DNA from: Isurus oxyrinchus
Lineage: Eukaryota
DNA length: 64,000 nucleotides
Direction of reading: 5' to 3'
Assembly (NCBI GenBank): GCA_026770705.1
Contig: JANJGN010000138.1
Coordinates: 1,054,001 to 1,118,000 of the forward strand
Shown: positions 24,946 through 37,947 of the stretch, piece by piece
Layout: each line of letters begins with the position of its first letter
How positions within the stretch are numbered: the first letter of the stretch is position 1
Translations under genes and position numbers: made by a program
Notes under the pieces: generated by a model
What the model saw: only the letters and a program-made list of their open reading frames with translations
The model's database searches: none
Told to the model about the DNA's origin: nothing

Positions 24946-25782
24946 TTTCACCAGAGATTTCCTGGAGCAATACGTTTGTCAAAAATAGATACAAAGAATG
25001 CTTATTCAGCTTACAGCCACTATAGCTCGACATTCATTCTCTGGAACCATGGTGCGATTTGATACTCATTCCCTGAATAAAGGAAGAATATGGAGCCAGT
25101 CGTTCTTAACATTGGTTTAGTCACAAAACCCAGAGAACACAGGCACAAAGTTAATTTTCCTTCCATCCACACGGGTGGAAACCAATTATTTTATATGCTT
25201 AATAATATTGCACCACCATTTCTCCCAACTAATAAAAGAACCTTATAACTAGAGCATGCTCTTCAAGTGACAGGATTAGAACATTAAGTATGATAACCGT
25301 ACGTACTTCAGAATTGGTGTGCGGTCAAAGACAGGAGGGTGTGACTACAAGTGAGGCAAGTAACTGGATCCAGCAAGTAGAATTGGACGAGCCTCAGCCC
25401 TTGTGCTTGTCCAACAGGAATTAATTGCTTGCAGCTTACATAAAAGAGAGCAGTGACTACACCGTGGATGAATGCACACCTAAAGGGTCTCATTCCACGA
25501 GGCAGAGTAAAAGAATTGAAGTTAGCTGTAGAAGAGGACAGCATAGTCAGGCATATAGATACTAATCTTTGCAGCATGAGCTAAGAGCTGAAAGTCCTGC
25601 TGCCCGCAAAATGTCCGTTTTAAGGCTGGAGATGAACCTGGAATAGGAGGGGGAGGATACAATTGTTTTGATCCATGTGATATATCCCTTTGTGGCTCAA
25701 CATTAACTTTGCTTTTTTTTTAATGTTAACTCTCTTGTTAAGAGGCTTGGAACTTTCCAGGCCATTGTGCCCTGGGCAGCCA

Positions 25783-25854
25783 GTGATGGGGGTATAGTGG
25801 TAAGCATAGCTCCCTTCTAATTAATTGACCCGGGTTCGGTTCTCGGCCGCCGCA
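25783..25854 (+). pseudogene. tRNA-Gly(TCC)-derived pseudogene (anticodon now TCT)
   Basis: GTGATGGGGGTATAGTGGTAAGCATAGCTCCCTTCTAATTAATTGACCCGGGTTCGGTTCTCGGCCGCCGCA vs Gly-TCC GCGTTGGTGGTATAGTGGTTAGCATAGCTGCCTTCCAAGCAGTTGACCCGGGTTCGATTCCCGGCCAACGCA. Confidence 0.88.
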
Positions 25855-26496
25855 GTCTGTTCATTTCTAAACCCCTGAGATATGAAGTTCGCAGCTAAAT
25901 TTCTTCTGATTTGGTGAAACTTCCAAAAATACGAGCTGGTTTATTTTTTATAAAAAACATATTTCCAACCTCCACGTCTCATCCATTTAAAATGTAGCTT
26001 AGGTTTATTCCTTGTTGCTGATAATGAAAGGTTTCCTTGAACTGTGGTATGGAGCCAGGATAGAATGACTACGATTTAGTAAAATTCGCCGATTATATGA
26101 ATTTTTCTCCTCTGTTGTTTCCCATTTCTTATTTGAATATGGATTCCTGCACAGGGATTCTTTTATTGTTCAAAAAACGAGACACTGCTCAATTTGGGAA
26201 TCTGAAATAATGACTGTATTTGCTGAAATACTCATCTGTGCTCCGACAGCATCTGTGGAGAGAGGAAAGGAGGATTCACACTTCAGGTCGAATGAAGTTT
26301 TAACGAATAGACCTGATATCGGAACGTCGAAATTGCCAGAGCTACTAAGTTCTTCCAGTTCTTTTTTTCCATTTGAATCATGGAATATCAACAACACAGA
26401 AAGAGGCTATTCGGGCTGTCCATTCTGTGCTGGCCCTCTGAAAGAGCAATTCACCGAATGCTACTCTCTGTAATCCTGCAATGTTTCACTGTTCAT

Positions 26497-26704
26497 CCGA
26501 GTGCGGATTGATTCTATCAATATCAGTCTCTGGCACTATCTGTGATTGTGGAATTGATTCTGATGCTACCTGCGATTGTGGGATTCGTTCTATCAATGTC
26601 AGTCTCTGGTACTATCTGTGATTGTGGGATTAGTTACGTAAATATCAGTCTCACTTACTACCTGTGAGTGTGGTATTGATTCTGTATTTGTCAGTCTCTG
26701 ACTC
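26497..26704. repeat. 46-bp minisatellite, ~4.5 units
   Basis: Unit approximately GTGATTGTGGGATTGATTCTATCAATATCAGTCTCTGGCACTATCT. Confidence 0.85.
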
Positions 26705-28499
26705 ACGAACAATCAGCGTTCGGGTTGCACTAAGTAACTCATGTGCAGTTTTCTGCTGTAAATCAGCAACTAGAATCAACTTTTTCTGCAATTCACTTAG
26801 ATCATTATCTGAGCCAAAGGATTGGGATTGGGAAACGTTCACAGATCATTGAAAAGTGAGGGGCTTGAAGCTTTACCAACTCTAAATTGGCATCATTCCC
26901 TGCAGGGGATTTGTTGTTCACGAGCCCATCTTCACAAAGCAATCCTGCAGAAACATGGGAGGAATGAGGGAGGTAGTGATTTCTTGGGACTGTGCAATAG
27001 TTAATATCTGACAGGGAGACCCCAGATTCATTTAATCGAAGTGAACCACTCCGTGACTGAGAGCAATACCTAGCAATCATGTCCTGCAAGACTGCAGAGA
27101 TTACAACAGGGGAAATGGGCAATAATATGAGGCTTTGGATCACTCTCTGGCACTGGCCCTGAGTGTGTGATTAATAATGTATTTTTCTCCAGTAAAATAT
27201 CAGTGAGAAATGAGACAGCAACTTCTACCATTCCAATTGTACCTTCGTAAAACTGGATTGAACAATGTATTCTGCAATCGATACTTTGCCTGACTGTCTG
27301 TGTCTCATTGCCTGAACTCACTCTGACTTTATCTTTTACTCCGTCCTCTCTCACTTTTCTCCCTTGCCCTATAAAACAACGTGGGATATGCTTACTGAAG
27401 GGCCAGAGCACAACATTTGTATTTCCATATTAATTAAACATATTGCTGGTTTTGAATCATCTAATAATGTAAAATTAGACCTGTCTTAATCCAGCCAGAG
27501 CTATGATGCGTTTCAGCCCCTGAATCTGGGGACACCGTGAACAGAGCTGCAAAACTATAAATAACCCTGGAGAATACATAGCAGAGGCCGAGCGGAGTGG
27601 GAAGCCTATCCCTGGAACTGTCAGTCTGAGGAAAGTTTGTCCTGTGAATGTGCAACTGTGACCATTATGCAAGGGAGAGTGTGTGAAAGGGATTGGCGGG
27701 TTTAAATGATGTCCCTGTGCTTCTGTGTCTGCTCTCAGTGCCTGATTTCTGTGCCCCTCTTGTGTGAAACAAAATGATTTCCCTGCCATAGGATCACTCT
27801 GCTGCTAGCTCTGAAGTGAGAATAAAACGGGAAGATTGAGTTGATTTTGAGATTTCAGTCGAAAAGAAGAGAGCGTGTCAGCGAATGGATGAGACAGCGT
27901 GACCAGTGCAGAAGTGAAAGAGGTTTAAAACGAAACTGAGGCTTTTTCAGTGAATGAAGCCGTTTTCAAGAACAACCATTTTGGCACTCTGGAGTTTCCG
28001 AATTGCAATGGCTTTGGACAGTTTAACAGCAGAAAGGAACAAAATATTTCATGCATTAGGACACACAGTTCCCTCTAACTCCGAGTTCTGCAATCTCTCA
28101 CCGTTTATTCCATGTGCCTCTTTTTTGTTTGTCCTGCCAAAATGGTCGAACTCACATTTTCCTACTTTACACCCCATTTGTCATCTCTAATCACGTAACC
28201 TATCTATATCCTTCCATCCCCTTCACAACTAATTTTCCTACCTCCATTTGTTTGATCCTTACTTCCCCATCAACTTTGACGGTTGTTCAAGTCTCATGTG
28301 TCGCTTTTAGAAATGTTTCTGCTCAAGGATTGTTGTGAATGGGGAATTATGCCTGCCTGGTAAAGTTTGAAAGTAATAGCAGAGTGAATCACAATCAAGG
28401 AAGTATTTTGAAATATAAGCATTTCAACAAGGTCCATTCTACTGCTATCTCCCCGCATCCCTGCGCATTGATGGTTTTCCAACCATCATCTCATCGCCT

Positions 28500-29320
28500 C
28501 TTGCACCTGGACAGGCAGTGGGAATGCAGCCTATAGCTTGGAAGGTGGGTAATGGAGGGGTGGACTTTGCTCCTCCCAGCCGCACAAAGGTGGACACATT
28601 AAAAATCCATTGTGTGGTCCCGAGGCCACTTCCTCAGTACCTGCTGCTCCCAGGTGTATTTCCATTTCCTGTGCTGGTGTATGCCACGTTACTGCTTCTG
28701 ATCGGTAAGTGGAACAGCGCCATATGGATCAGGAGTGAGTGGGGTCGAGAATGAGAGAGATTGGGGCCTATAATGGAGTTTCTGGGGAAGGGGTGGGCAG
28801 GCTAGCATAGAAATGGGGAGGGGGGAGTGAGGCCAGCACGAATATAGGAGGTGGGAAGATGGAAGCTAGGCTAGCATGGCGTTGGCTTCAGAGGGTCCGG
28901 CGGTGGGGGTGGGGGGGTGGGTTTGTGGGGGCAGGGGTGAGCAGTGAGGGGGTGGGGGGAAGAATTGGCTTGAGGCAAACATCGTGTTTTTCTTCGGATT
29001 TTCTTTGAAATAAATGGTCCATTAACTTGATACTTCAAGGTAAGATAATTCTCTGCTTTTAACTTGGAACGTGATCTTTACGGAGGTGGGGTACATGGCT
29101 ACTGTAATTTGGAACCTCATCCACACGATGAGGCCTCTGGCAATGCAGTACTCGGCCCTGTGCTGAGTCAGCCTGCATCGTGCTACCTGGGCTAGAACTT
29201 GGACTCTCTGCTTTCTCGATGCAGGGCAAAAAAAAAATGACCACAGGCCAGTCCTCATCACAAAGGGACCTGCAATATCTCCAGCACATTCGGGAGATGT
29301 TCCTCGCTACATATTTTAAT
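28500..29320 (-). pseudogene. Possible RING/B-box (TRIM-like) gene relic
   Basis: Across frameshifts: LEILQVP..GLACGHFF / LPCIEKA ... AMYPTSVK (AMCPVSLK in the paralog), Pro-rich linker, CVHLCAAGRSKVH. Confidence 0.35.
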
Positions 29321-29803
29321 CTCAACTGTAGGAGCCTCTTCAAATGCTGCTCGATATTTGTTCAAACATTATAATAGTTTGCAACATTTCTCCGTACTAT
29401 CTCCGGACATAGAGAGATGTTTTCTTCAACTACGTTTATAGTGGACAGACTGTTTCCCAGTCAAGAGTAGACAGACTGTTTTTACCTGCTTGAAGTCTAA
29501 TAATTATATCCAGCTAAAAATGGCCTAGAAACATTTGCATTCCAATCGAGATCACAAAATATGGTACAGTCACCCAAATTCTTCTCATTAAGTGTTCCCA
29601 GATGTTTTTGCTTCCCGCCACTAATTTTCAGTCCTTTCTGTCATTGACAATTCTCACTCCATCAGTTGCTTCTTACCACACTTCTCCGCTTTTATTATCA
29701 TCTGTTACAGCCATATCAGGGCCTCTCAAATGGATTTTAGTGACCTTATTGCTGCCGGGAGTTCGGCGCTCCCAGCAGAGCGAGCCGCAGCGAGCCGAAA
29801 GTT

Positions 29804-31074
29804 ATGTCTGGTTTTCTGGATCACGGAGCTGCTGACCAGGATGAACCGCTGTCTGCCATGAGTGAGCAGAAGGATAGAGAGGAAGGTTGGATGGGCTTGG
29901 TCAAATGGAAGGGAAGAGGGAAGTTCTTCGGGAAAACTTTGAATGTAAGTGGTAGGATTTTTATTTTCTTCTGTTATAGCGCATAGAAGCTGAACTGGAG
30001 CCCATTTGACAGGGTGAAACTAAACAAATAAATAGGCCTGGGACCATGCCAAACAAGTTAGAATGTAAAACTGAGCAGAAAAATGTTTAAAATTCAGCCT
30101 GCACAATTGTTTCTTCAATACTTCCGTTTATGCGAGTGTCTACAGGACAAACTTGATCATTTCGTAATGAACTAAGGCACATGATTTATGCTCTTATCTA
30201 CACAGCGCAGCCCAAGGCAGTGACCATTGCACTGTTAAAGATTCAGATACTAATATCTGCGATAAGCATGATATAAAGAAACTTTTAGTCAATCGTATTC
30301 ATTGTGAGGTGACTGATTTCTGGGACATTGCAATATTAATTTTGCAGAGTTAAGGAAGGAGCTGTTGACCTGCAGCTGGACGCTGCTGCTGACTGTGCTA
30401 CAGGAGCGAGCGCACAGAAGGTGAGGAATGTGATGACCAAGGACAGTGTGCAGCCCCCTGCCACTGGACTCCATGACACTGGGAGTGGCCCTCCACAGGG
30501 AAAGGGGAAACAGTGTTATTCACCCGGGCCTGGGTTGGAGACTAGCCGAATGCTGTGTGCAGGAATAATTGCCAAGTTGGAGGACGAGGAGCAGGAGGAA
30601 CCAGCCACAGCTGGAAACGTGTCAACCCCCACCAATGGAACCGAGCAATGATCAGCATTGATGATAACGGGCACTGCACACAGTGCCAGCGGAAAGGAGC
30701 TGAGTGAGCCAGCCAGAGGGAAGAGGAAAGGCAGCATCAGGCTGAGGCTCAACGTTACCCTCAGTCAGAATGAAAACAGCCATATCAGGCCAATGAGGCA
30801 CAGAGCTGCTCACCAGCTGCATTCGCAGCCAAAAGAGGCTGAGCTTCACTTGGTAACAACCGAACATACATGGGTGCTAAATGGACAAGGACTGCCCAGC
30901 ATCACAGATCCAACACCATTTTACCCAACTCCATACATAACAGGGGACAGACTCCGAGGTGTGGTAGATGGACAATCGCACTTGGCCCTACGAGAGACTT
31001 TGGGTGAAATGGAAACCCTGAGGCAGGAGAATGGTAACCTGCGTACAGAGAACGAGAGGCGCCGGCTCAATTGA
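29804..31074 (+). pseudogene. Unknown decayed spliced gene with C-terminal coiled coil
   Basis: Exon-like 29804-29944 (…GLVKWKGRGKFFGKTLN|GTAAGT); acceptor tttgcag at 30347; ORFs 30421-30651 and 30658-31074 share a frame, split by TGA (TGG in the paralog at ~42886); ends ETLRQENGNLRTENERRR. Confidence 0.45.
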
Positions 31075-32534
31075 GCAGTTGGGTAAGGACACTGCACTAC
31101 AGTGTATGATTGCTGCACATTATGATGTATTGTTTCAGGGACCTGAAAACGGTGAACTGTGAACTTGGAACTGACCATACCTAACCCTGGTAGAGATTTG
31201 CATTTGGATGTCATGCAATGAATGTGTATCAATCCTGCCCCTCTTTAACCATCCCACCCCTTAACTGCTGAATTTATAGCCATTCGATTTTTCTGGGTAG
31301 AAATATAGAGCAATGTGTGACTTTATTCTTTCCATTGAAGATGTGAATCCTGGAAATCTGCAGTTTATGTGGCACAATGTTGATCTCTTGAAGGGTAAGG
31401 GTAGCTTTGACAGCAGGCCTGAAGTTGAAAAGGGGCTGAATACTTGTGGAATTGTCTCTCCGTTCTGTGAACTTAGGTCACACTGAGAGGTCACATCATG
31501 CCCTCAATCTTGATTTTCCCGTGAACATGCTCACAAGCAGTGGATCAGTGGGACCAGGGTTTATGCCAATTGGATGGCATCTCTCTCTTGTAATGCAACT
31601 GGATTAGCAATCTGATAAATCAAAAGTAAATTGTTATCTAAACAATTCGAACCAGACTGAAGTCACTACACAGAGTTTCTGCGACAAACATTGGACTGGA
31701 GATCACCGACAGCCCGCCATACAAATGTGTTCTGTACCCTCCTGACTCAGATAGCGAGCTCAAAATTAATTGCATCTGGAATACTGGAAGCAACGTTCAT
31801 CCACATAACTATAATGCACAGTTATTCATCGTATTTATATTGTATACAGTGTTCTCATATATCCGACTCACTCAAATGAGAATAATTGTAAAAACAATCA
31901 ATTATATATAAAACTGCAAAGTGCAATTGTGAAAATGTGTGAGACAGAAGGGCAGGTAACTATCGAAATTTTGGTGAGAGAGAGAGACAGAGTCACCCAT
32001 TGCTTCCAGAAGAGTGGATGATTGAAAATGTTACATCCAGATTCAAAAAAATGGGATAAATGTTAAACTGCCTATTGCCGGCCAGCCTGTTTCACGCATA
32101 TGGCGGCGAAGCTTAGACAAACAATGATCCTGAAATAAATAAATTGAAATAGAGAAATAGATCAGAAGCCTGGCGATCACCGACACTGGCTGATCTCCTC
32201 CAAGTTTAGTGTGAGTCTTAAATGCGCAGATTTCACTATTAGCACATTTTCTCATTGATAAATGGAGCCATTAGTCTCACGAGGAATTGTCCTGACCAGG
32301 GGGCAACTCAATTTTTATTATTCAACAATTATGCCATTTTTTGGGTTATTAAGCATTATAAATCCAGATTCTAATTGAAACATAGTGAGTTCACTGAGAG
32401 AAGGTATCCATTCATCTTCGCCTCTGATGTAACTGAAGGAAGGCGGCACCCCTACAGTACCACATTGAACCCACCTCTTCAGTTTCATTTGTGAATGTGA
32501 GAAGCTAACACTAGGTTTCTTTACTTTGGTTACT

Positions 32535-32663
32535 TTGGGAAAAGGCTATAGGCCAAGTGCTGGTAAATGGGGTTAGATAGGTAGGTCAGGCACTACTCAC
32601 GTGCCGGTGCAGACTCGATGGGCCAAAGGGCCTCTTCTGCTCTGTGATTCTGTGATTCTGTGA
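32535..32663 (+). mobile_element. Short CR1-tail/HE1-type SINE 3' end
   Basis: gcagactcgatgggccaaagggcctcttctgc followed by (tctgtgat)n terminal repeat. Confidence 0.75.
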
Positions 32664-33189
32664 AAATCTGATAGATGGTGAATGCCATTCATATTCCTCT
32701 CTGTTCCTCCTCGCCAATCTTTCGTTTTCTTTTATTCTAACTCTATTTGCCCCTTGAACTCCCTCCTAAACCTCCTCAATTTTTGTCACTAAACCGCAGC
32801 TCAGCGCCTACATTTAACCCACTGACTGTCCCATAACTGAAGTCTTTCCTCATGATGGCAGGAGGGATTCAGTACATATTTTTTATAATGTTCAATGGGT
32901 AAGATAAGTCCATAAACTACTGCCACTGACCCAGTGTCACAGTCCAAGAATTAAAGCTAGAGATTTCCCTGCGGGAATGGGAAAATAATTCTAAACACAA
33001 AGGGAGCTAGAATTTCTCTACACGGCAATAAATGTTTCACCCATTGATTTATTTGAAATCTTAGATTCAAAGAGTTTTCTTAAAAGAGATTATTACGAAA
33101 TATGAGGGAAAGGCGAAAATATGGAGGTAGTCACCAAACAAACAGAAAAAAAAAACAGAACATGCTCCAGCGAATAAAGGGTCTCAACA

Positions 33190-33660
33190 AGAGTAAAGGT
33201 CAAGGAACAGCGCCTGACCTTCCAACTGGGTAGGAAACAGCATTCTGGACCCAACACAATTTTAGATCAGAACATCTGCCTCAATATTGTTTGGTCACGT
33301 TTCTTTCTTTACTCCTTCATGTTACATTCAGACCGTGCCTTAGCAGCCATTCACAAACTCAGATGGACACCTCTTTTTTTTATTTCTTTCCTACAGCCAC
33401 TACAATTTGTTTCTAACCATAGAAACTCTCCTCCTGCTCTCTACCCTCACTGACATTCTCTTTTGCACATCCAACCTCCTCCCGCACTCCACTGGTTTAA
33501 ACCCTTGTTACATTTACATCTTTCCTCCATTTTGATAAAAAAAAACATCGACCTGAACAGTTCGCCTTTGGTCTCCACAGATGCTTTATGAACTGTTGAA
33601 TATTTCCACAATGTTCTGTTCACTTCGGTTTTCCAGTGTCTGTACTACTTTCCTTTACAA
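33190..33660 (+). mobile_element. Penelope-like fragment (second fragment at ~34208-34440)
   Basis: KVKEQRLTFQLGRKQHSGPN and QQINFELGNLQPSGLNIEFNKF relics of the GIY-YIG C-terminus. Confidence 0.55.
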
Positions 33661-34479
33661 TCTGAAAGCATTTTGGAAAAAATCTTGAATGTCATCCATA
33701 TTCCTCTCAATTTCTTCTCCGCCAATCTTTCATCTTTCATGCTCCGCAAGTCTGCCGCTACAGCTTCGTCCGAACGTCCCTCAATTCCGAACACTAAAAT
33801 GCAGCTCTTTGTTGAAGACAGTGTCTACCCCGGTAACAGATTCTCCCCCGTGATTTTTGCACTGATTTGATCCACAATTCTGGAATGCTAAGGGAAACAG
33901 AAAATCAATCCAAGACCTATTTCAGTTTCCTGGGAATCTCCAATTAAGGTCCACAGTGAAAATATTCAAGCCAGGAGTTCCAGCATGGAAGTTAGGAAAC
34001 AAGTCTATGCACAAAGGGTCGCAGAACTTCAGGACTCTCTTCAGTACAAGGAAATTAATCCTTGATCGATTGTTGTATTTTAACTCTAAGAATGCAAGAG
34101 CTTTGTTAGAGGATATTAAGGGCTATGGGGCAAAGGCGAGCATATGGCGATAGTCACCAATCAGACACAACATCATTGAACATGTTCTAGGGACTAAATG
34201 GCCTTAAGAGCAACAAAATTCGAGGGACAACAGATCAACTTCGAACTGGGTAATCTGCAGCCTTCTGGTCTCAACATTGAGTTCAACAAATTTTGATCCT
34301 AATATCTGCCTCAATGTTGTTTCGAGAGTGTATTTTTTTTTCTTCTTGTTGGTTTGGTTTGTGACGTTTCTTTCTTTATTCTCCATGTTACATTCGGGCC
34401 GTTGCTGTGCTGCCACTCACACCTAAGCTGGACAGACCTTCACTTTCCTTATTATACTCCCACAATCACAAAGGTTTGG

Positions 34480-35030
34480 AAATATTACAACACAGGAGAA
34501 GGTCATTCGACTAATCGTGACTGAATGAGCAATTCACTTAGTGCCGTTCCCCGCCTTCTCCCTGTATTGGCGGTCTTCATTTCGAGATAGCAGTCTCACT
34601 CCGCTCTTTATGATTCCCTTGAACCTACCTTCACCACACTGTCAGGTGGTGCATTCGAGAACTTAACCACTTTCCACGAGAAAGAAATGTGTTTTTTTTT
34701 CGTCGTGTCTTTTGTTTTTTTTTTAAACAACTGTGCTAGCTCGAACTTGGTCATTTCACGGATGGGAACACTTGCTTCCCCTCCAACCTCTCCAGACCTT
34801 TCGTGATGCTCAATCCCTCTAGCAAATCTTCTCTCAACCTTCCTTTCTCCCAGGGAATCAGTACTAACTTCTCCAATCTATCCTCACAACTGAAGCTCCT
34901 CATCCTAGGAAACATTCTCGTGAACATTTTCTGCCCTCCTTCCAACATCCTTCACATTTTCGCATCCTTCCAAAAGAGAAGCGAACAGAACCGGGTGGGA
35001 TGCACCAGCTGAGGCTGAACCAGAGACTTC
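34480..35030 (-). mobile_element. CR1 LINE 3' fragment
   Basis: LEGGQKMFTRMFPRMRSFSCEDRLEKL...KGRLREDLLE. Confidence 0.85.
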
Positions 35031-35279
35031 TACAAATCTTGTTTCTCTTATTCCCATTACAACAGTCTTTGGTTTTAGTGTCGTGAACACCTTTGACTCC
35101 TGCCCGCTCAGACTTTTGATGTGACCCCATAAGCATCGGATCAGACATAAACTGTGCAGGCCTTCCACATCTAGTTGTGAATAGTGGTGGACAATTAAAC
35201 ACTGACTGGAGAAGGAAGCTCCACAAATAAATACTGGCTTTCCCAGTGGTTTTCACATCCACGAAGCAATAATAAAAAG

Positions 35280-36420
35280 CTGTCAATGTATTCCGGGAAT
35301 CGCAGCAATCCTACCCTGGGGTCCAATTCCATTCGCTGTTGAAAGGGTTCCACAGTGGCCCAATCTGCTTCTCCGACACATTGACAGATATCAGAAGGTC
35401 ACCCTCTGTTTCACTGAGATTCATGTCAAGGACAGTTTCCAGTAAGCATGAAACAGGGGAAGAAAATTTACTGAAATAAATTGTAGTTGATGGAGCTGCC
35501 TTAAAAGCATTGTTTTTTTTTTGCCAGAATTACTTCTCAAATCCCTTGAGACATCCCTTAATCCGTTATATCCCTCTTTGTGAAGGTGTGTGCGCCGGAT
35601 CAAGGTCAAAGAACAAAAGAAAATGGGATCTCCTGTATAACTTCTGCTCTGAGCCAGAAGCGGTTATCATTCACTTAACCAGACAAAATCATTCGTTCAT
35701 TAGAATGATCTGAAGAGGAAGAGATGCTTCAGCACAACTGTGTGCACTCGGTTTAAAGGGAATTCCGATCCTATCGTTCTTCTTTATATTCACACAATAT
35801 TCTAAATGCTTTCCCCTGAATAAAAATGCTCAGCTCATTGCCTGGTTAATTTGGAAAAAAGTAAAAGCGCCATTGAAATTAAAACTCAGGATCACCTGCA
35901 TTACTGATACAAGATACCATGCACCAAACCACAGCACAAAGTTATGAACAACACCAGGCTTCAATGTTTTGAACCATATTCTACTATTTTGCTACAAACA
36001 CATTGGCAAATCTTCATCTGCTAAGGGGCTAGGTGGCAGCGAGAATTGAGAATTTGCAGGAAGGTAAATTAAGGCAGATGTTCTTCCAGGAAGTTATGGA
36101 ACGTTTGGGAAGCTGGAAGACACGTTATACACTTGCGCCTATTTCTCATGTTCTTGCAGACACCACACAGAGGAAACACTGGGGTTATATCTAACGTGGA
36201 TTGGAAGCAATGCTGATTCACCTTCGTGATTCCGGAGTTCAGTAAATTACATTTGAAGTTCAAGTTTCCTAATCCCAGATTCTTATAAGCATAGAATGGA
36301 TTATTTGGCCCATCATGTCTGTGCTCGTTCTTTGAAGGAGAAATTATTCTACTATCATTTCCCAGCCTTCCCTGATCCCTGCACACTTTTTCTTTTTCTT
36401 TTCAGGGATTCAATGTTTCC
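35280..36420 (+). repeat. Copy of module 1-1120, including a tRNA-Thr relic at 35865-35938 (-)
   Basis: 35277 aagctgtcaatgtattccgggaatcgcagcaatcctaccctggggtcc vs 1 aagttgtcaatgtgtcccaagcgttgcagcaatcctcccctggggtcc. Confidence 0.82.
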
Positions 36421-36492
36421 GACTGCCTTGATTTATGGAGATTTTTTTTTTCCTTCTTCATTATATCTGTCTTCAGTACTTTCCCCTTTACA

Positions 36493-37615
36493 GGTGTGAG
36501 CTTGGCTAACGTCGACATCAAGGCAGTTTTTGTCCGAAAGCAACGTCATGGATCCCGAGCACAACTGGAGTTAATGGGAAGCAGAGACAAAACACTCCGA
36601 TGCTTGGGGTCATACCATCACAAATGTAAGTTGTTGTTGGAGGTTAATCATCTGAGTTACAGGACATCACTGCAGGAGTTCCTCGGGATAGAGACCTCAG
36701 CCTAAACATCTTCAGATGCTTCATCAATGACGTTCAATTCATCTTAAGGTCAGAAGTGCTGATGTTTACTGATGATGGCACAATGTTCAGCACCATTCGC
36801 AAATCCTCACACACTGAAGCAGTCCACGTGCAAATGTATCAAGACGTGGACAATTTCCAGGCTTCCATTGACAAGTGGCAAGTAACATTCGTGCCACACA
36901 AACGCCAGGCAATGACCACCTCAAACAGAGGAGAATCCAACCATTGCTCCTTGAGTCTATTGGCATTATCATTACTGAATCTCTCATTATCAAAATCCTG
37001 GGATATCATTGACCAGAAACTGAACTGGAGAAGCCATACAAATGAAATGGCTGCAAGACAGGTTACAGGCGAGGAACCCTGCGGCGAGTAACTCACCTCA
37101 TGACTCCCCAAAGACCGTCTACCATCTACAAGACACAAGTCAAGAGCGTGTTTGAATACTCTCAATTGGCCTGGATGAGTGCAGCAACAAACCTCCAGAA
37201 GCTTGACACCATCCAGGAGAAGATAACCCGCTTGACTGGCACCCTATCCACCCAACATCCCTCCACCACGATAGTACAGTAGCAGAAGTGTTCTTCACCC
37301 AGACGATGCACTGTAGGAACTCACCAAGACTCCTTGGACAGCAAATTCCAAACCCACGAACACTGCCATCTAGAAGGACAAGGGCAGCAGATGCACCGAG
37401 ACACCGCTTACTTGAGAGTACTCCTCCAACCCTCACACCATTCTGACATGGAAACATATCGCTGTTCCTTCACTACCTCTGGATCAATACCCTAGAAACC
37501 CCCCTCCCCCACCACCCCCCTCACCCCACCGCTAACGGAACTGTGGGTGTACATACACCACGTGGAATGGACAAGGCAATTCAGCAGCATTTTCTCAAGG
37601 GAAACTAGAGATGGG
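36493..37615 (+). mobile_element. L2/CR1-group LINE, second copy of the 13084-14256 family
   Basis: NVDIKAVFVRK, LMFTDDGTMFSTIR, IYKTQVKSVFEYSQLAWMSAA. Confidence 0.88.
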
Positions 37616-37874
37616 ATTTTATTCTCTACAAATTGACAACCGTGCTTAATGCCGATCTGGTCTAAAATTCTGTATTCCCTCCCTAAACTACTCTACTTCT
37701 ACAGCTCCTTCTGATCTTTAAGATGTTACTTAACAGTTTCCCCTTTGACCAAGCTTTTGTCATCTGATCTAATATCTCCTTCTGTGGCTCAGCATCATGT
37801 TTGCTTTATTTGTCATTATAACCCACTTGTTAAGCCTTTTGTGACTTATGGCTATGTGCCAATATCAGTATTTA

Positions 37875-37947
37875 TCGATGGCGATACAGTGGTGAGCATA
37901 GCTGCTTTCCAAGTATTTGACCCCCAGTTCGATTCCCAGCTGCCGCA
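37875..37947 (+). pseudogene. tRNA-Gly(TCC) pseudogene
   Basis: TCGATGGCGATACAGTGGTGAGCATAGCTGCTTTCCAAGTATTTGACCCCCAGTTCGATTCCCAGCTGCCGCA; paralog of 25783. Confidence 0.85.

Larger units (their letters stand above)
25780..31560. repeat. Segmental duplication block B, copy 1 (paralog at ~37870-43800)
   Basis: Colinear tRNA-Gly relic, 46-bp minisatellite, G-rich tract and exon relics; e.g. 29811 gttttctggatcacggagctgctgaccaggat vs 41357 gttttctagatcgcggagctgctgaccaggat. Confidence 0.92.

Noticed and set aside
28780-28965. G-rich tract as a functional G-quadruplex
   Set aside because: G-runs are poorly conserved in the paralog (~40370-40515) and are explained by Pro-rich or low-complexity sequence.
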